From a virus: a stretch of DNA of 64,000 nt. Below are positions 63,838 through 64,000 of the stretch, in pieces. Position 1 is the stretch's first letter. Every line of letters starts with the position of its first letter. Position numbers and translations under genes: made by a program. Location: the IMG/VR virus record IMGVR_UViG_3300042520_001372; one strand, given 5' to 3'. The notes beneath the pieces were generated by a model. That model was not told the origin of the DNA. It ran no database searches and saw nothing but the letters and a program-made list of their open reading frames with translations.

Positions 63838-64000
63838 GGATCTTCTTCTTTAGGTTCAGGCTTGGTAGCAGGAGCAGCAACAGGTTTTTCAACTACACGC
63901 TCTTTAATGATTGTGTTTGTTCCACCGCTTGACTGCTTCTGTTGATTTGTGTTGTTGTTCTCTAGATTCACGTTAATAACAGGAGCAGGACCTTGTTCTG
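63831..64000 (-). CDS. partial ORF (5' end outside window)
   Basis: ...EQGPAPVINVNLENNNTNQQKQSSGGTNTIIKERVVEKPVAAPATKPEPKEEDPW*; overlaps the CsgG-like start. Confidence 0.65.
   Translation of the reverse strand, partial: EQGPAPVINVNLENNNTNQQKQSSGGTNTIIKERVVEKPVAAPATKPEPKEEDPW

Noticed and set aside
1-64000. Stop-codon reassignment
   Set aside because: Long conserved genes are intact in code 11, TAA, TAG and TGA all serve as stops, and no suppressor tRNA is present in the window

Overview
This window looks like part of a large, AT-rich tailed-phage genome with a probable Bacteroidota (Flavobacteria-like) host, judged from the Bacteroidota-type -7/-33 promoter motifs and A-rich leaders without Shine-Dalgarno sites. 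Essentially all credible genes are on the minus strand. From left to right: (1) four tRNAs (Ser-TGA, initiator Met-CAT, Arg-TCT, Leu-TAA); (2) about 7.6 kb of small early genes separated by 17 copies of a promoter motif (TTC(G/T/A)TAT(C/A)TTTAG(G/A)TAT), many fused to an upstream terminator hairpin and many leaderless; (3) two copies of an oppositely oriented, promoter-driven structured element (8218-8288, 9736-9805); (4) a GC-rich palindromic island and a TACGGTT heptamer array, a candidate genome end, packaging site or origin; (5) an ECF sigma factor; (6) a 7-deazaguanine DNA-modification pathway in two blocks (queF, kinase, PurN-like formyltransferase, DpdA/TGT-like, folE; and queE, queD, queC) that predicts formyl-preQ1 DNA; (7) a roughly 16 kb glycosyltransferase and nucleotide-sugar island; (8) a Cas4-like nuclease, GroEL/GroES, IscA, family A DNA polymerase, dUTPase/dCTP deaminase, HPRT, a secreted nuclease and ThyA; (9) a hypervariable small-gene tract; (10) a lysis cassette; and (11) a truncated operon of exported proteins (CsgG-like lipoprotein, probable beta-barrel, dockerin-like protein). 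The best candidates for undescribed biology are the duplicated antisense structured RNA and terminus architecture, possible nucleotide-level guanine replacement, the glycan island and the CsgG/dockerin envelope operon. All protein calls come from motif recognition by eye; no searches were run.
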